Below are positions 28,927 through 38,527 of a DNA stretch of 64,000 nt, piece by piece. Numbering within the stretch: the first letter of the stretch is position 1; each line of letters begins with the position of its first letter. Below the pieces are notes generated by a model, which was not told the origin of the DNA, made no database searches, and saw nothing but the letters and a program-made list of their open reading frames with translations. The DNA comes from an uncultured Planctomycetaceae bacterium (GTDB taxonomy: Bacteria > Planctomycetota > Planctomycetia > Planctomycetales > Planctomycetaceae), in contig CAWFGE010000012.1 of the NCBI GenBank assembly GCA_963815195.1, forward strand, positions 416,001 to 480,000, given 5' to 3'. A program made the translations under genes and the position numbers.

Positions 28927-29718
28927 TCACTTGATCGGAATCTCTTTGCCGTTTTCGCGAATGAACGGCGGCCTCGCCTGCTCGCCCGTCGCGGGTTTGA
29001 TCTCGCGGACCCAGATGTTTTTAAACCGCACCGGGTCGCCGTGGTCCTGAAGGCGGATCGGCAAGCGGTCGGCGTGCTTCTTGTATTTCGGCGGTTGGGT
29101 GAACGGCGTGTCGCCCTTCAGTTCGAAGTGATTGAGGATCAAAACGCCGTTGTGCAAAGCGGTGATGTAAGCCGGCGACTTGAGCGAGCCGTCTTCGTTG
29201 AATCGCGGCGCCGTCCAGACGATGTCGTAAACGTTCCACTCGCCGGGCGGCCGCGTGACATTGACCTGGGGCGGCGTCTGCTTGTAAATCGCGCCGGCTT
29301 GCCCGTCGTAATAGGTTTCGTTCTCGTAGGAGTCGAGGACCTGGACTTCGTAAGTGTCCATCAAAAACACGCCGCTGTTGCCGCGCCCCTGGCCTTGGCC
29401 TTTCGCGGGAACCGGAGCCGACCATTCGATGTGCAGCTGGCAATCGCCGAAAGCTTTTTTCGACCGCACGTTGCCCCGGCCGCTGACCATCGCCCCGTCT
29501 TCGACCTTCCAGTTCTTCGCGCCTTCCCACTGGGAGAGGTCCGTGCCGTCAAACAGGACGACGGCATCGGAGGGTGGGTTGCCGTTCTTGCCGGGCGTGA
29601 CCACCTTCGGTTTGGTCCATTGGATTCCGTTGAGATATTCCCCCGCCCGCGCGGGGCCGGACAACAAACAAGCCAGGCAGGCCACGGACAAGAGCACGGC
29701 AATCGGTTGGCGGATCAT
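28927..29718 (-). CDS. DUF1080 / 3-keto-disaccharide hydrolase family, secreted
   Basis: Signal peptide; PPSDAVVLFDG.DLSQW, FGDCQLHIEW, GNSGVF, YEVQVLDS, GEWNVYDI, LQDHGDPVRFKNIW. Confidence 0.92.
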   Translation of the reverse strand: MIRQPIAVLLSVACLACLLSGPARAGEYLNGIQWTKPKVVTPGKNGNPPSDAVVLFDGTDLSQWEGAKNWKVEDGAMVSGRGNVRSKKAFGDCQLHIEWSAPVPAKGQGQGRGNSGVFLMDTYEVQVLDSYENETYYDGQAGAIYKQTPPQVNVTRPPGEWNVYDIVWTAPRFNEDGSLKSPAYITALHNGVLILNHFELKGDTPFTQPPKYKKHADRLPIRLQDHGDPVRFKNIWVREIKPATGEQARPPFIRENGKEIPIK

Positions 29719-29891
29719 CAGGATTCAACTCCTCAATTCTCAAAGTTATGGATTTCGTGATTTCGGGATTCATTGTGTTGCACAGCGGCTTCAAAATCAA
29801 TTTCACGAGCGTTTCGACTCAAGCGCCTGGCACATTCGGACTTAGCACCTCATGGCGGGTGTTTCCTCGCACATTCGCAATCTGACTTGAA

Positions 29892-29910
29892 ACTGAGACT
29901 CAGTCTCAGT
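29892..29910. promoter_or_regulatory. Fur-box-like 19-bp palindrome
   Basis: ACTGAGACT-C-AGTCTCAGT, a perfect 9-1-9 palindrome 50 nt upstream of hemP. Confidence 0.7.
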
Positions 29911-29959
29911 AATATGTTTAGATCGGACGACACCGAATTCTCCTACCGCCAAGCCTCAC

Positions 29960-30145
29960 ATGAGCGAATCTCAAAAACCCGAGCCATCCCCGCCCGAGGC
30001 ATCGGAGCCCGGCGATCGCGAACCGCGCCGGCGGATTCAGTCCGGCGAACTGCTCGCGGGTGCGGAAGAGGTGCTGATCGAGCACGAGGGCCAAACCTAC
30101 CGCCTGCGGCTGACCCGCCGCGGCAAGCTGATCCTGCACAAGTGA
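29960..30145 (+). CDS. hemP: Hemin uptake protein HemP/HmuP-like
   Basis: [36 protein letters not shown] matches the HemP signature. Confidence 0.92.
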   Translation: MSESQKPEPSPPEASEPGDREPRRRIQSGELLAGAEEVLIEHEGQTYRLRLTRRGKLILHK

Positions 30146-30150
30146 TTGCC

Positions 30151-30209
30151 CGTCGCGGCGGCTTCCAGCCGCCGAGATCGATCCACGGGGGGAAGAGGCC
30201 GCCGCGACG
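30151..30209. repeat. REPIN-like element family C (GTAG-type), degenerate copy
   Basis: CGTCGCGGCGGCTTCCAGCCGCCG-AGATCGATC...GCCGCCGCGACG, homologous to 48287-48345. Confidence 0.7.
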
Positions 30210-30360
30210 CGCGGTAACGGCTTCGCCAATTCGCGAACTGCCGGGAATCGATGCCCCCCGAAAAGACAAGCCACCCGCTGGATTCACACCGGGAGGTTTG
30301 GTTAGGATGGCAGGGAAACTTTTCCGACCCATCCTGTTTGTTTCACGAGGCATGACGGCC

Positions 30361-31347
30361 ATGATGTCATCTCCATCCCGCCGGGACTTCTTGCGAACCA
30401 GCTCGGGGGCGGTGGCCGGGGCGTTTTTCAGCCGGGGGACCCAACTTTTGGAAGCGACCGAAACCAAACCGGCGGACGCCGCCCAGCCGATTGTGGACAC
30501 CCACCAGCATCTTTGGGATTTGAAAAAGTTCCAACTGCCTTGGCTGGAAAACGGCGGGCCGGAGGAACTCCGCCGGTGTTTCGTGATGTCGGATTATCTC
30601 AAAGCGACCGAGGGTTTGAACGTCGTCAAGACCGTTTACATGGAAGTCAACGTCGCCCCCGACGAGCAGGAAAAAGAAGCGGCGTACGTGATCGGCCTTT
30701 GCGAAAAGAAAGACAACCCGATGTCCGCCGCGGTGATTGGCGGTTCGCCTCAAAATGCGGACTTTAGAAATTACGCCAAGAAGTACGAAGACAACCCATA
30801 CATCAAAGGCTACCGCACGGTGCTCCACGACCCGGACCGCCCGAAGGGGATGTGTCTTTCGCCCGCGTTTATCGAAAACATGAAAATGCTCGGCGCGATG
30901 GGCAAGCGGTTTGACTTGTGCATGCGGCCGGGGGAATTGATGGACGGCGTCAAACTCGCCGAGAAGTGCCCGCAGACGCGGTTCGTGCTCGATCACTGCG
31001 GCAACCTCAGCGTGACCAACACCGACGAGAAGCTCCGGAAAGACTGGGAAGCGGGCATCAAAGCCGCGGCGAGCTTGGAGAACATGGTCTGTAAAATTTC
31101 GGGCATCGTCGTCACCGCGAAAAAAAATAATTGGACCCCCGCGGATTTGGCGCCCAATATCAATTTCTGCCTGGAAGCCTTCGGCGAGGACCGGGCCTAT
31201 TTCGCGGGCGATTGGCCCGTGTGCACATTGCGGGCGACCTTCGCCCAATGGGTGGGCGCCCTCAAATCCATCGTCAAAGACCGCTCGCCCGAGTTCCGGC
31301 AAAAACTCTTCCACGACAACGCCGTCAAGTTTTACGGCCTAACTTAA
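30361..31347 (+). CDS. Tat-exported amidohydrolase_2 family protein (sugar lactonase-like)
   Basis: SRRDFL Tat motif; IVDTHQHLWD, FVLDHCGN, VCKISG, FAGDWPVC, LFHDNAVKFYGL. Confidence 0.88.
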   Translation: MMSSPSRRDFLRTSSGAVAGAFFSRGTQLLEATETKPADAAQPIVDTHQHLWDLKKFQLPWLENGGPEELRRCFVMSDYLKATEGLNVVKTVYMEVNVAPDEQEKEAAYVIGLCEKKDNPMSAAVIGGSPQNADFRNYAKKYEDNPYIKGYRTVLHDPDRPKGMCLSPAFIENMKMLGAMGKRFDLCMRPGELMDGVKLAEKCPQTRFVLDHCGNLSVTNTDEKLRKDWEAGIKAAASLENMVCKISGIVVTAKKNNWTPADLAPNINFCLEAFGEDRAYFAGDWPVCTLRATFAQWVGALKSIVKDRSPEFRQKLFHDNAVKFYGLT

Positions 31348-31401
31348 CCCTCACATATTGATAAAGACTGGCTTCATAAAAACGCCATTGAAGGAAACAC
31401 C

Positions 31402-34400
31402 ATGAAAGTTGCTTGCTCGCCGCGGTTGTCCCGCGGTTCCTGGTTGATCGTCGGCTTAGTGTTCCTCGGCTTGGGAAGTTTGCTCGCGGAGGAGTTCACG
31501 CAAAAGCCCAGCGTGGCTCCGTCGGAAGTTCGTAAAACTGCGTCGACCGAGAAAAAAACGGACACCCCGAAATCCGAACCGGAACCCGAACTAAAAATCA
31601 CCGGCCCGAAGCCGGAGTGGATTTGGGGGCCGGATGCAAATAAAGCCTACACGCTCACCAAGGAATTCGAAGCCGACTCGAAGACCGCCATTTTGATCGC
31701 CAGCTGCGACAATCAGATGGACGTGCTGCTCAACGGCAAACGGGTCGCGGCAAGCAGCAACTGGGAAGCGCCCGTGGTGGTCGAAGTGCAAAAGGACTTA
31801 AAGCCCGGCAAGAACGTCATCACGGCCAAAGTCCAAAACCAGGGCGGACCGTCGGGCTTCGTCGCCAAGTTGATCCTCAAAGGCGCGGACGGCAAACCGC
31901 GGTACGTTCTCACCGATAAAACCTGGCAAGCGAAATCGGGCGACGAAACCGTGGCCGTCAAAACTCTCGGAAAGCTCGGCAAAGCGCCTTGGGGGGATGT
32001 GTTTTCCAAACCGGGCAATGCGAATCTGCCCGGCAGCCGCGGGATGTGTTTCAAGTGCTGCCCGGCTTTCAGGTCGAACTGCTTTACAGCGTGCCCAAAG
32101 AGGAGCAAGGTTCCTGGGTCAGCCTGACGACCGACGACAAAGGCCGCTTGATCGCGAGCGACCAAGGCAACAAAGGCCTGTACCGCATCACGCCGCCCGC
32201 CGTCGGCAGCGAGGATCCGACCCGCGTCGAGCATTTGGACGTCAAAATCTCCGGCGCCCAGGGGATGCTCTCCGCGTTTGGAAGTTTCTACGTCTCGGTC
32301 AACGGCGGTCCGGGCAGCGGGCTGTATCGCGCCCGCGACACCAACGGCGACGATCAATACGATGAAGTGACCAAGCTCAAAGACATCCGCGGCGGCGGCG
32401 AGCACGGGCCGCACGCGCTAAGGCTTTCGCCCGATGGAAAATCGATTTACCTCATCGCCGGGAACCACACCAAGCCGCCCGAGAATTTCGACGCGAGCCG
32501 GCTGCCCAGCAACTGGTCGGAAGATTTGCTCCTGCCCCGCCAATGGGACGCCCGCGGACACGCCCGCGGCATACTCGCTCCCGGCGGATGGATCGCCAAG
32601 ACCGATCCCGAAGGCAAGACCTGGGAGATCGTCAGCAGCGGCTACCGCAATTCCTATGACATGGATTTTAACGCTGACGGCGAATTGTTCGCGTACGATG
32701 CCGACATGGAATGGGACATGGGCTCGCCCTGGTATCGCCCGACCCGCGTGGTGCACGCGGTCAGCGGCAGCGAGTTCGGCTGGCGGAGCGGCACGGGCAA
32801 ATGGCCGACCTACTTCCCCGACAGCGTGCCGCCGCTGGTCAACGTCGGCCCCGGTTCGCCGGTGGGCGCGGCCTTCGGCTACGGCACGAAGTTCCCCGCG
32901 AAATATCAAAAGGCTCTGTACATTCTCGATTGGACCTTCGGCACGATTTACGCCATCCACATGGAACCCGACGGTGCGAGCTACAAGGCGACGAAGGAAG
33001 AATTTCTCTCCCGCACGCCGTTGCCCTTGACCGATGCGACGGTTGGGAAAGATGGAGCCCTGTACTTCACCGTCGGCGGCCGGGGCACACAATCGGAACT
33101 CTACCGCGTGACCTACATCGGCAAGGAATCGACAGCACCCGTCGACGGCAAGGAATCCCAGTTCGCCGAACTCCGCCGACTTCGGCATCAGTTGGAAGCC
33201 CTGCATCATCCGGGCAAAGTTTCTGAAGCTGAGATGCAACTCATCTGGAACAACCTCGGCCATAAAGACCGCTTCATCCGCTATGCGGCGCTCGTCGCCT
33301 TGGATCAGCGCGATCCCGCCACGTGGCGAAGCCGCTTCGCCGAACAGGCCCGGAGTGCCGATCAATCTCCGTGGACCCTCATCATGTCCGCCCTCGCCTT
33401 GGCTCGCCAGGGAGAAAAATCCGACGGGCCCCGATTGGTGCAGGCTCTCGGCGAATTGGATTTCGCCAACCTCACCAAGGAGCAACAACTCGGCCTGACC
33501 CGAGCGTATGCTTTGACGTTCATTCGGCAAGGCGAGCCGTCTCCCGTGTTGGCGGCCCAGTTGGCCAAGCGGTTCGATCCGTTCTATCCCGCGAAGGACC
33601 GGGACCTCAACCGCGAACTCTCGCGGTTTCTCGTGTACCTCAAATCGCCGACCGTGATCGACAAAACGATCAAGCTGATCCAAGAAAAATCCGAGCCGGA
33701 ACCTGAAGACATCTCGGAACTCCTGGCCCGCAATCCCGGTTACGGCGGCACGATCGCGAAGATGCTCGCCAACCAGCCGGACAAGCAGAAGCTGCACTAT
33801 GCATTCGTGCTGAGAAACATGAAATACGGTTGGACGCTGGAACAGCGCCGGGCCTATCTCGAGTTTCTCGAAAACGAACGCGACAAGAGCGGCGGGGCGA
33901 GTTACCAGGGTTTCATCGACAACATGCGGAAGGATTTCCTGGACAACGCTTCCGAAGCGGAGCGGATCGCCCTCAAGTCGACCATCGCCGAGACGCAGCC
34001 CAAGCCGGCTTCGCTTCCGAAGCCCAAAGGGCCCGGCCACGATTGGACGCTCGCCGAGGTGGACGCGCTTACCAAAAGCGGTTTGTCGAACCGCAGCTTC
34101 GAGAACGGCCAGCGGGCATACGCGGCCGCGCGGTGCGTGCTCTGCCATCGCTTCGGCGGGCAAGGCGGAGCGACGGGGCCGGATCTCACGAACGTCGCCG
34201 GGCGGTTCAGCTTTAAGGATCTCGCCGAGTCCATCGTCGATCCCAGCAAAGTCATTTCCGACCAATATCGGGCGTCGAACATTCAAACCTCGGCGGGCAA
34301 AGTCATCACGGGCCGGATCGTGAACGAAGCGGACGGCGTTTATACCGTCGTCATCGATGCTGAGGATGCCACGAAAGTCGCCGAGCTTCGCGACAGCGAC

Positions 34401-34544
34401 ATCGAAGCGATCGTGCCGTCGAAGGTCTCGCTAATGCCCAAGGATTTGCTCAAAGGTTTGAACAAAGACGAGGTGCTCGACCTGTTGGCCTACCTCGAAT
34501 CCCGAGGCAACCCGAACGACCCGATGTTCAAAAGCCCCCAATGA
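31402..34544 (+). CDS. PVC-type heme-binding (CxxCH) membrane-bound dehydrogenase-like protein; frameshift at about 32030
   Basis: Signal peptide, jelly-roll (DNQMDVLLNG...LKPGKNVI), propeller (PGFQVELLY...GYRNSYD...GSEFGWRSG), HEAT-like helices, CVLCH, GPDLT, SLMPKDLL. Confidence 0.85.
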
Positions 34545-34580
34545 CCAATGACCTTTCGGTCATTGGGATTTGGTCATTGA
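34540..34580. repeat. 7-mer microrepeat hairpin (AATGACC / GGTCATT)
   Basis: aatgacc-aatgacc-tttc-ggtcatt-gggattt-ggtcatt; related aatgaca-agtgaca-aatccc at 38452-38472. Both overlap stop codons. Confidence 0.6.
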
Positions 34581-34702
34581 TTTTGCCCAGCGGCGATGCT
34601 GCAAGAAATTGCACAGTTCCGCGCAGCAAAAAACCGGGAATGGCGGATGCCAGCGGTGCTGGACGACCTGTCCCGGTTTCGAGGGCAAAACTTGCCGGTG
34701 GA

Positions 34703-34999
34703 TTACTCTTCTTCCAACTCCTCGAGGAGATCCAGTTCCTCGTCGTCTTCTTCGAGGTCGCGGTTGTCGGGGCCGTGGTCGTAGCAGTCGGAATCGTGCC
34801 ACAGCGGAAGCCCGGCAGCGTAGCGGGCCGCCAACATTTGGACTTTGTCTTCCGAACCCGGCTTGGCTTCGGTCGGGGTGTAGGGATTGAGCGAAGCCGG
34901 ATCGAAATCGGTTTCGTAACCGCTTTCAAAGTCCATGATGTAGGCGGCTTGACCATCGTACAGTTCTTCGATTTCGTCAGCGGGAGGTGTGAATGCCAT
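34703..34999 (-). CDS. Small acidic hypothetical protein (98 aa)
   Basis: GGAG RBS; core PTEAKPGSEDKVQMLAARYAAGLPLWHDSD; Asp/Glu-rich tail. Confidence 0.75.
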   Translation of the reverse strand: MAFTPPADEIEELYDGQAAYIMDFESGYETDFDPASLNPYTPTEAKPGSEDKVQMLAARYAAGLPLWHDSDCYDHGPDNRDLEEDDEELDLLEELEEE

Positions 35000-35244
35000 A
35001 CTGTGTTGCTCCAATTTGCGTCAACAAAACACAAGGGATAAGGAAACTTCCCTGGGTCCTTTCCAGAGGGCCCGGTGAACATTTACGGGATTTTGTTATT
35101 CGGCCCCTTTGTTGGTGGTGATTTGGTCTGAAATACAGCCGTCAAAGGGGGCGAAAGAGGTTTCCACAGTCAAATAGGTAGAAACGCATCTTGTAGAAAA
35201 TAGGTGGGGAGTGAAGGCTGGACCGAAGATGGTCGGCAGTTTTG

Positions 35245-35290
35245 ATTTTCAACCAAAAACCGGGATTGTCAATAAAAATTTTTCTGAAAA
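35245..35290 (-). promoter_or_regulatory. Putative sigma-70 promoter with AT-rich upstream element
   Basis: Minus strand TTGACA (35272-35267)-N16-GAAAAT, preceded by AAAAATTTTTA. Confidence 0.45.
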
Positions 35291-35638
35291 TCTTTCAGAT
35301 CCCTTAAAAAATGTGCTCAAAATGACCGAATTTTTGTGAACAATATACAAAAGTTCTCTTGAACTGCGGTTCCAATGCTCACCGAGATGTCTCGGTTGGT
35401 CCATATCATCACAGAATCATCCTATTGTGAATTATGCTTCTGTTGAATCGCCGCCGCCCACATCTCTGGCGAATCCTCTTTAAGAATTGAAGCCCATCGC
35501 AACAAATTCGGGGGTTTTCTTCCCTCCTTGAACGGCGATAGAATGAACAGGGGGATCTGTTCCCCTTGCGTCCGGCTTCAGATTTGTCGTTCGTTTCTCT
35601 CTACGCCTCCCCCGGTCCTTGGCCTCGAAGGAGTTCCC

Positions 35639-36976
35639 ATGTATTGGGAGCAGCCGGTTGAATACGCCTCCATCAGCGACATCGGCTTTCGCCGGCAGAT
35701 GAACCAGGATGCGTACGGGGTGCAGATTTGCCCGGAGCGGGAGACCTGGGAACAGTACGGGCATTTGTTCGTGGTCTGCGATGGCATGGGCGGGCATGCG
35801 GTGGGCGAGTTGGCCAGCAAAATCGCCATCGACACCATCCCGCACGCTTTTTTCAAGTCGCGGGAACCCCTCGCGGAAGAGGCCCTGCAAAAATCCATCG
35901 AGTTGGCGAATTCGAATATCAACGACCGGGGCGAACTGAACCACGACTTCCAGCGGATGGGCACGACCTGCTCCGCCTTGGCCTTGACGCCGCGGGGCGC
36001 GGTCATCGGCCACGTGGGCGACAGCCGGGTTTACCGCATTCGGGGCGAGCTCATCGAGCAATTGACGTTTGACCATAGTTTGCAATGGGAACTTTTGCGG
36101 CAAGGCCGGATGTCGCCCGAAGAGATTTTCCTCAAAGAGCCGCGAAACGTGATTACCCGCTCGCTGGGGCCGATGCCGGCCGTGCAGGTCGATGTGGAAG
36201 GTCCGCATCCGATCCTGCCCGGCGATGCGTATTTGTTGTGCTCGGACGGGTTGACGGGGCTGGTGAACGATCAGGAAATCGGCATGATCGCCCGGCATCT
36301 GCCGCCGCCCGAGGCCAGCCGGCTCTTGGTGCATCTGGCGAACCTGCGGGGCGGTTCCGACAACATCACGGTGATCATCGTCCGCGTGGGAGAGATTCCC
36401 GAAGGCCTGGTGCCTCCGCCCGTGGTCGCCGAGGCGGAAGCCGAAGAGCCGGGCGGATTGAGTTGGTGGTGGCTCGCGGACTTCTGGGGGATCGCGAGCG
36501 TGTATGTCCTTGCGGTGTGCCTGATGATTCTACGCAACTGGCCGATGGGCCTGTTTGCCTTGTCGGCAGCCGTTCTCGCGACCGGCGCGAGCCTCTTGTA
36601 TTGGCTCCGGCAACGCCAGCTTCCCCCCTGGCGGGGGGCGAGTCCGCAGTCTTCTTCCAAAGGGCCCTACCGGCAGGCGGCGACGGTGTTGGCTCCGCAG
36701 TTTCTCAGCCATCTCGCCGCCATCGAAGCGGAGCTTCAGCGGACCGGGCACGAGGAGGGCTGGGACATCGATTGGGCCCGGCATCATTCCGCTTCGCGGG
36801 ATGCGCAGAGCTTTCTGTCTCACAACCGGCTCGGCGATGCGCTCGCGGAATATGGGCGGGCTTTGGACGTCTTGATGACCGGCGTTCAACTTCACCGCAA
36901 ATACCGCCAGCACCAGGCCCGCTGGGGCAAGCCGCCGCGCATCGTGCCCCGCACCAGCGAAGACAAAGGCGCCTGA
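35639..36976 (+). CDS. PP2C-family Ser/Thr protein phosphatase with two TM helices
   Basis: SDIGFRRQMNQD, VVCDGMGGH, MGTT, HVGDSRVY, LTFDHS, LLCSDGL, GGSDNIT. Confidence 0.93.
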   Translation: MYWEQPVEYASISDIGFRRQMNQDAYGVQICPERETWEQYGHLFVVCDGMGGHAVGELASKIAIDTIPHAFFKSREPLAEEALQKSIELANSNINDRGELNHDFQRMGTTCSALALTPRGAVIGHVGDSRVYRIRGELIEQLTFDHSLQWELLRQGRMSPEEIFLKEPRNVITRSLGPMPAVQVDVEGPHPILPGDAYLLCSDGLTGLVNDQEIGMIARHLPPPEASRLLVHLANLRGGSDNITVIIVRVGEIPEGLVPPPVVAEAEAEEPGGLSWWWLADFWGIASVYVLAVCLMILRNWPMGLFALSAAVLATGASLLYWLRQRQLPPWRGASPQSSSKGPYRQAATVLAPQFLSHLAAIEAELQRTGHEEGWDIDWARHHSASRDAQSFLSHNRLGDALAEYGRALDVLMTGVQLHRKYRQHQARWGKPPRIVPRTSEDKGA

Positions 36977-37088
36977 CCACGCGCCGATTTTGAAGGGTGA
37001 AGTCTTATCCGTTGCATTGCGAACTCGTCTGCCGCAAGATGGGTGGACGATTTCCACGATGTCATTGCAAATCCCGGAGAAGACTTTG

Positions 37089-38463
37089 ATGCGCCGAATT
37101 GTTTTCCTGTTGGACCCTCGCCTGCCTGTTGATGGGGGTGACGAGCCGGGCTCCCGCGGCCGAGCCGCACGCCGACCGCTGCGTGGTTTTGGTGAGCGTC
37201 GACGGACTGGCGAACTTCTATTTGGACGATCCCCAAGCCGACATGCCCACGCTCCGGCAGCTGGCGAAAACAGGGGCGCGGGCGGATGGGATGGTCTGCT
37301 CGTTCCCGACCGTCACCTGGCCGAACCACACCACGCTCGTCACCGGCGTGCCGCCCGCGAAGCACGGCGTCATCGGGAACAACTATCTCGACCGCCAAAG
37401 CGCGACCGCGGTGCCTTTCATCCCCGATCCGCTGTTCGACAAGGACCAGATCGTCAAGGTGCCCACGATCTACGATGCCGCCCACAAAGCCGGGCTGGTC
37501 ACGGCGGGAATCGTCTGGCCGGCGACCCGAAACGCCCGCACGCTGAATTGGACCGTGCCCGACATGTTCGGCAAAGAGGCCTGGCCCAAGTACGGCACGC
37601 AGGTTTGGCTCGCGGAGCTGCGCGAAGCCGGGCTGCCGGTGGATCAGCACGGCACATGGACCGCGGCTTCGGGCGGCGGCGTCCAGCGGGATTGGCTTTA
37701 CACGCGGATGGCCCGGCATCTGTTCCAGAACCACCCGCCGAACCTGCTGATGATTCATCTTGTCGAGGTCGATCACGTCGAGCACAAAGACGGCCCGAAA
37801 AGCCCCGAAGCCTATTGGTCCGTCAGCTTCGCCGACGACCGCCTGCGGGACATCGCCGAGGCGATCAAGCTCTCCCCGCACCGCGACAAGACGACATTGA
37901 TCGTCGCCAGCGATCACGGCTTCTTCCCGATCACCAAAGACATCCGCCCGAACGTTTTGCTCAAGCGGGAGGGCCTGCTCTCGAAGGAGAACAAACGGGC
38001 CTATTGCCTGGCCCAGGGCGGGGCGTCGATGGTTTATGTCTTGGACGACGCCGGCCGGGAGGCGACAATCCGGAACTTGAAAAAGAAATTCGCCGCGGTC
38101 GAGGGCATCCAAGCCGTGCTCGGCCCGGAGGACTATCAAAAGCTCGGCCAGCCCACGCCCGGGGAAGACGCCCGCGCTCCGGACCTGTGGCTCGCGGCGA
38201 AAACCGGCTACTCTTTCACCAACACCGAAACGGGCGACGACCTCGTCGTCCCGCGGTCGTCGCCGGGTGGCACGCACGGCTATCTGCCCGATCAGCCGGA
38301 CATGCTGGGCACGCTGGTGATTTCCGGCTTCGGCATTCAGCCCGGTACGAAGCTCGGCAAGATCCAAAACCTCGACGTGGCCCCCACCATCGCCCGCCTG
38401 TTAGGAATCGAATTCCCCACCGCCGAAGGCAAACCACTCACCTCGGCCCTGAATGACAAGTGA
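37089..38463 (+). CDS. Alkaline phosphatase superfamily (nucleotide pyrophosphatase/phosphodiesterase), secreted; probable frameshift at about 37112
   Basis: LVSVDG, FPTVTWPNH, VDHVEH, ASDHG, HGY, DVAPTIA; ATG 37089 with GGAG RBS gives signal peptide MRRIVFLLTLACLL if one G is removed. Confidence 0.88.
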
Positions 38464-38527
38464 CAAATCCCGATAGCCTTTTCAATCGACTCCGTGGTGA
38501 ACCGCTTTTTCATTTGTCTTTGAGGAT

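Noticed and set aside
29773..30360. N-terminal extensions in the ORF track (amidohydrolase from 29773, aroA from 27215, propeller from 51780, MBL from 62500)
   Set aside because: They overlap hemP, repeats or promoters; RBS, signal peptides and family starts point to the downstream ATGs.
35000..35500. AT-rich region as possible replication origin
   Set aside because: No cluster of DnaA boxes and no dnaA/dnaN context; better explained as divergent promoters.
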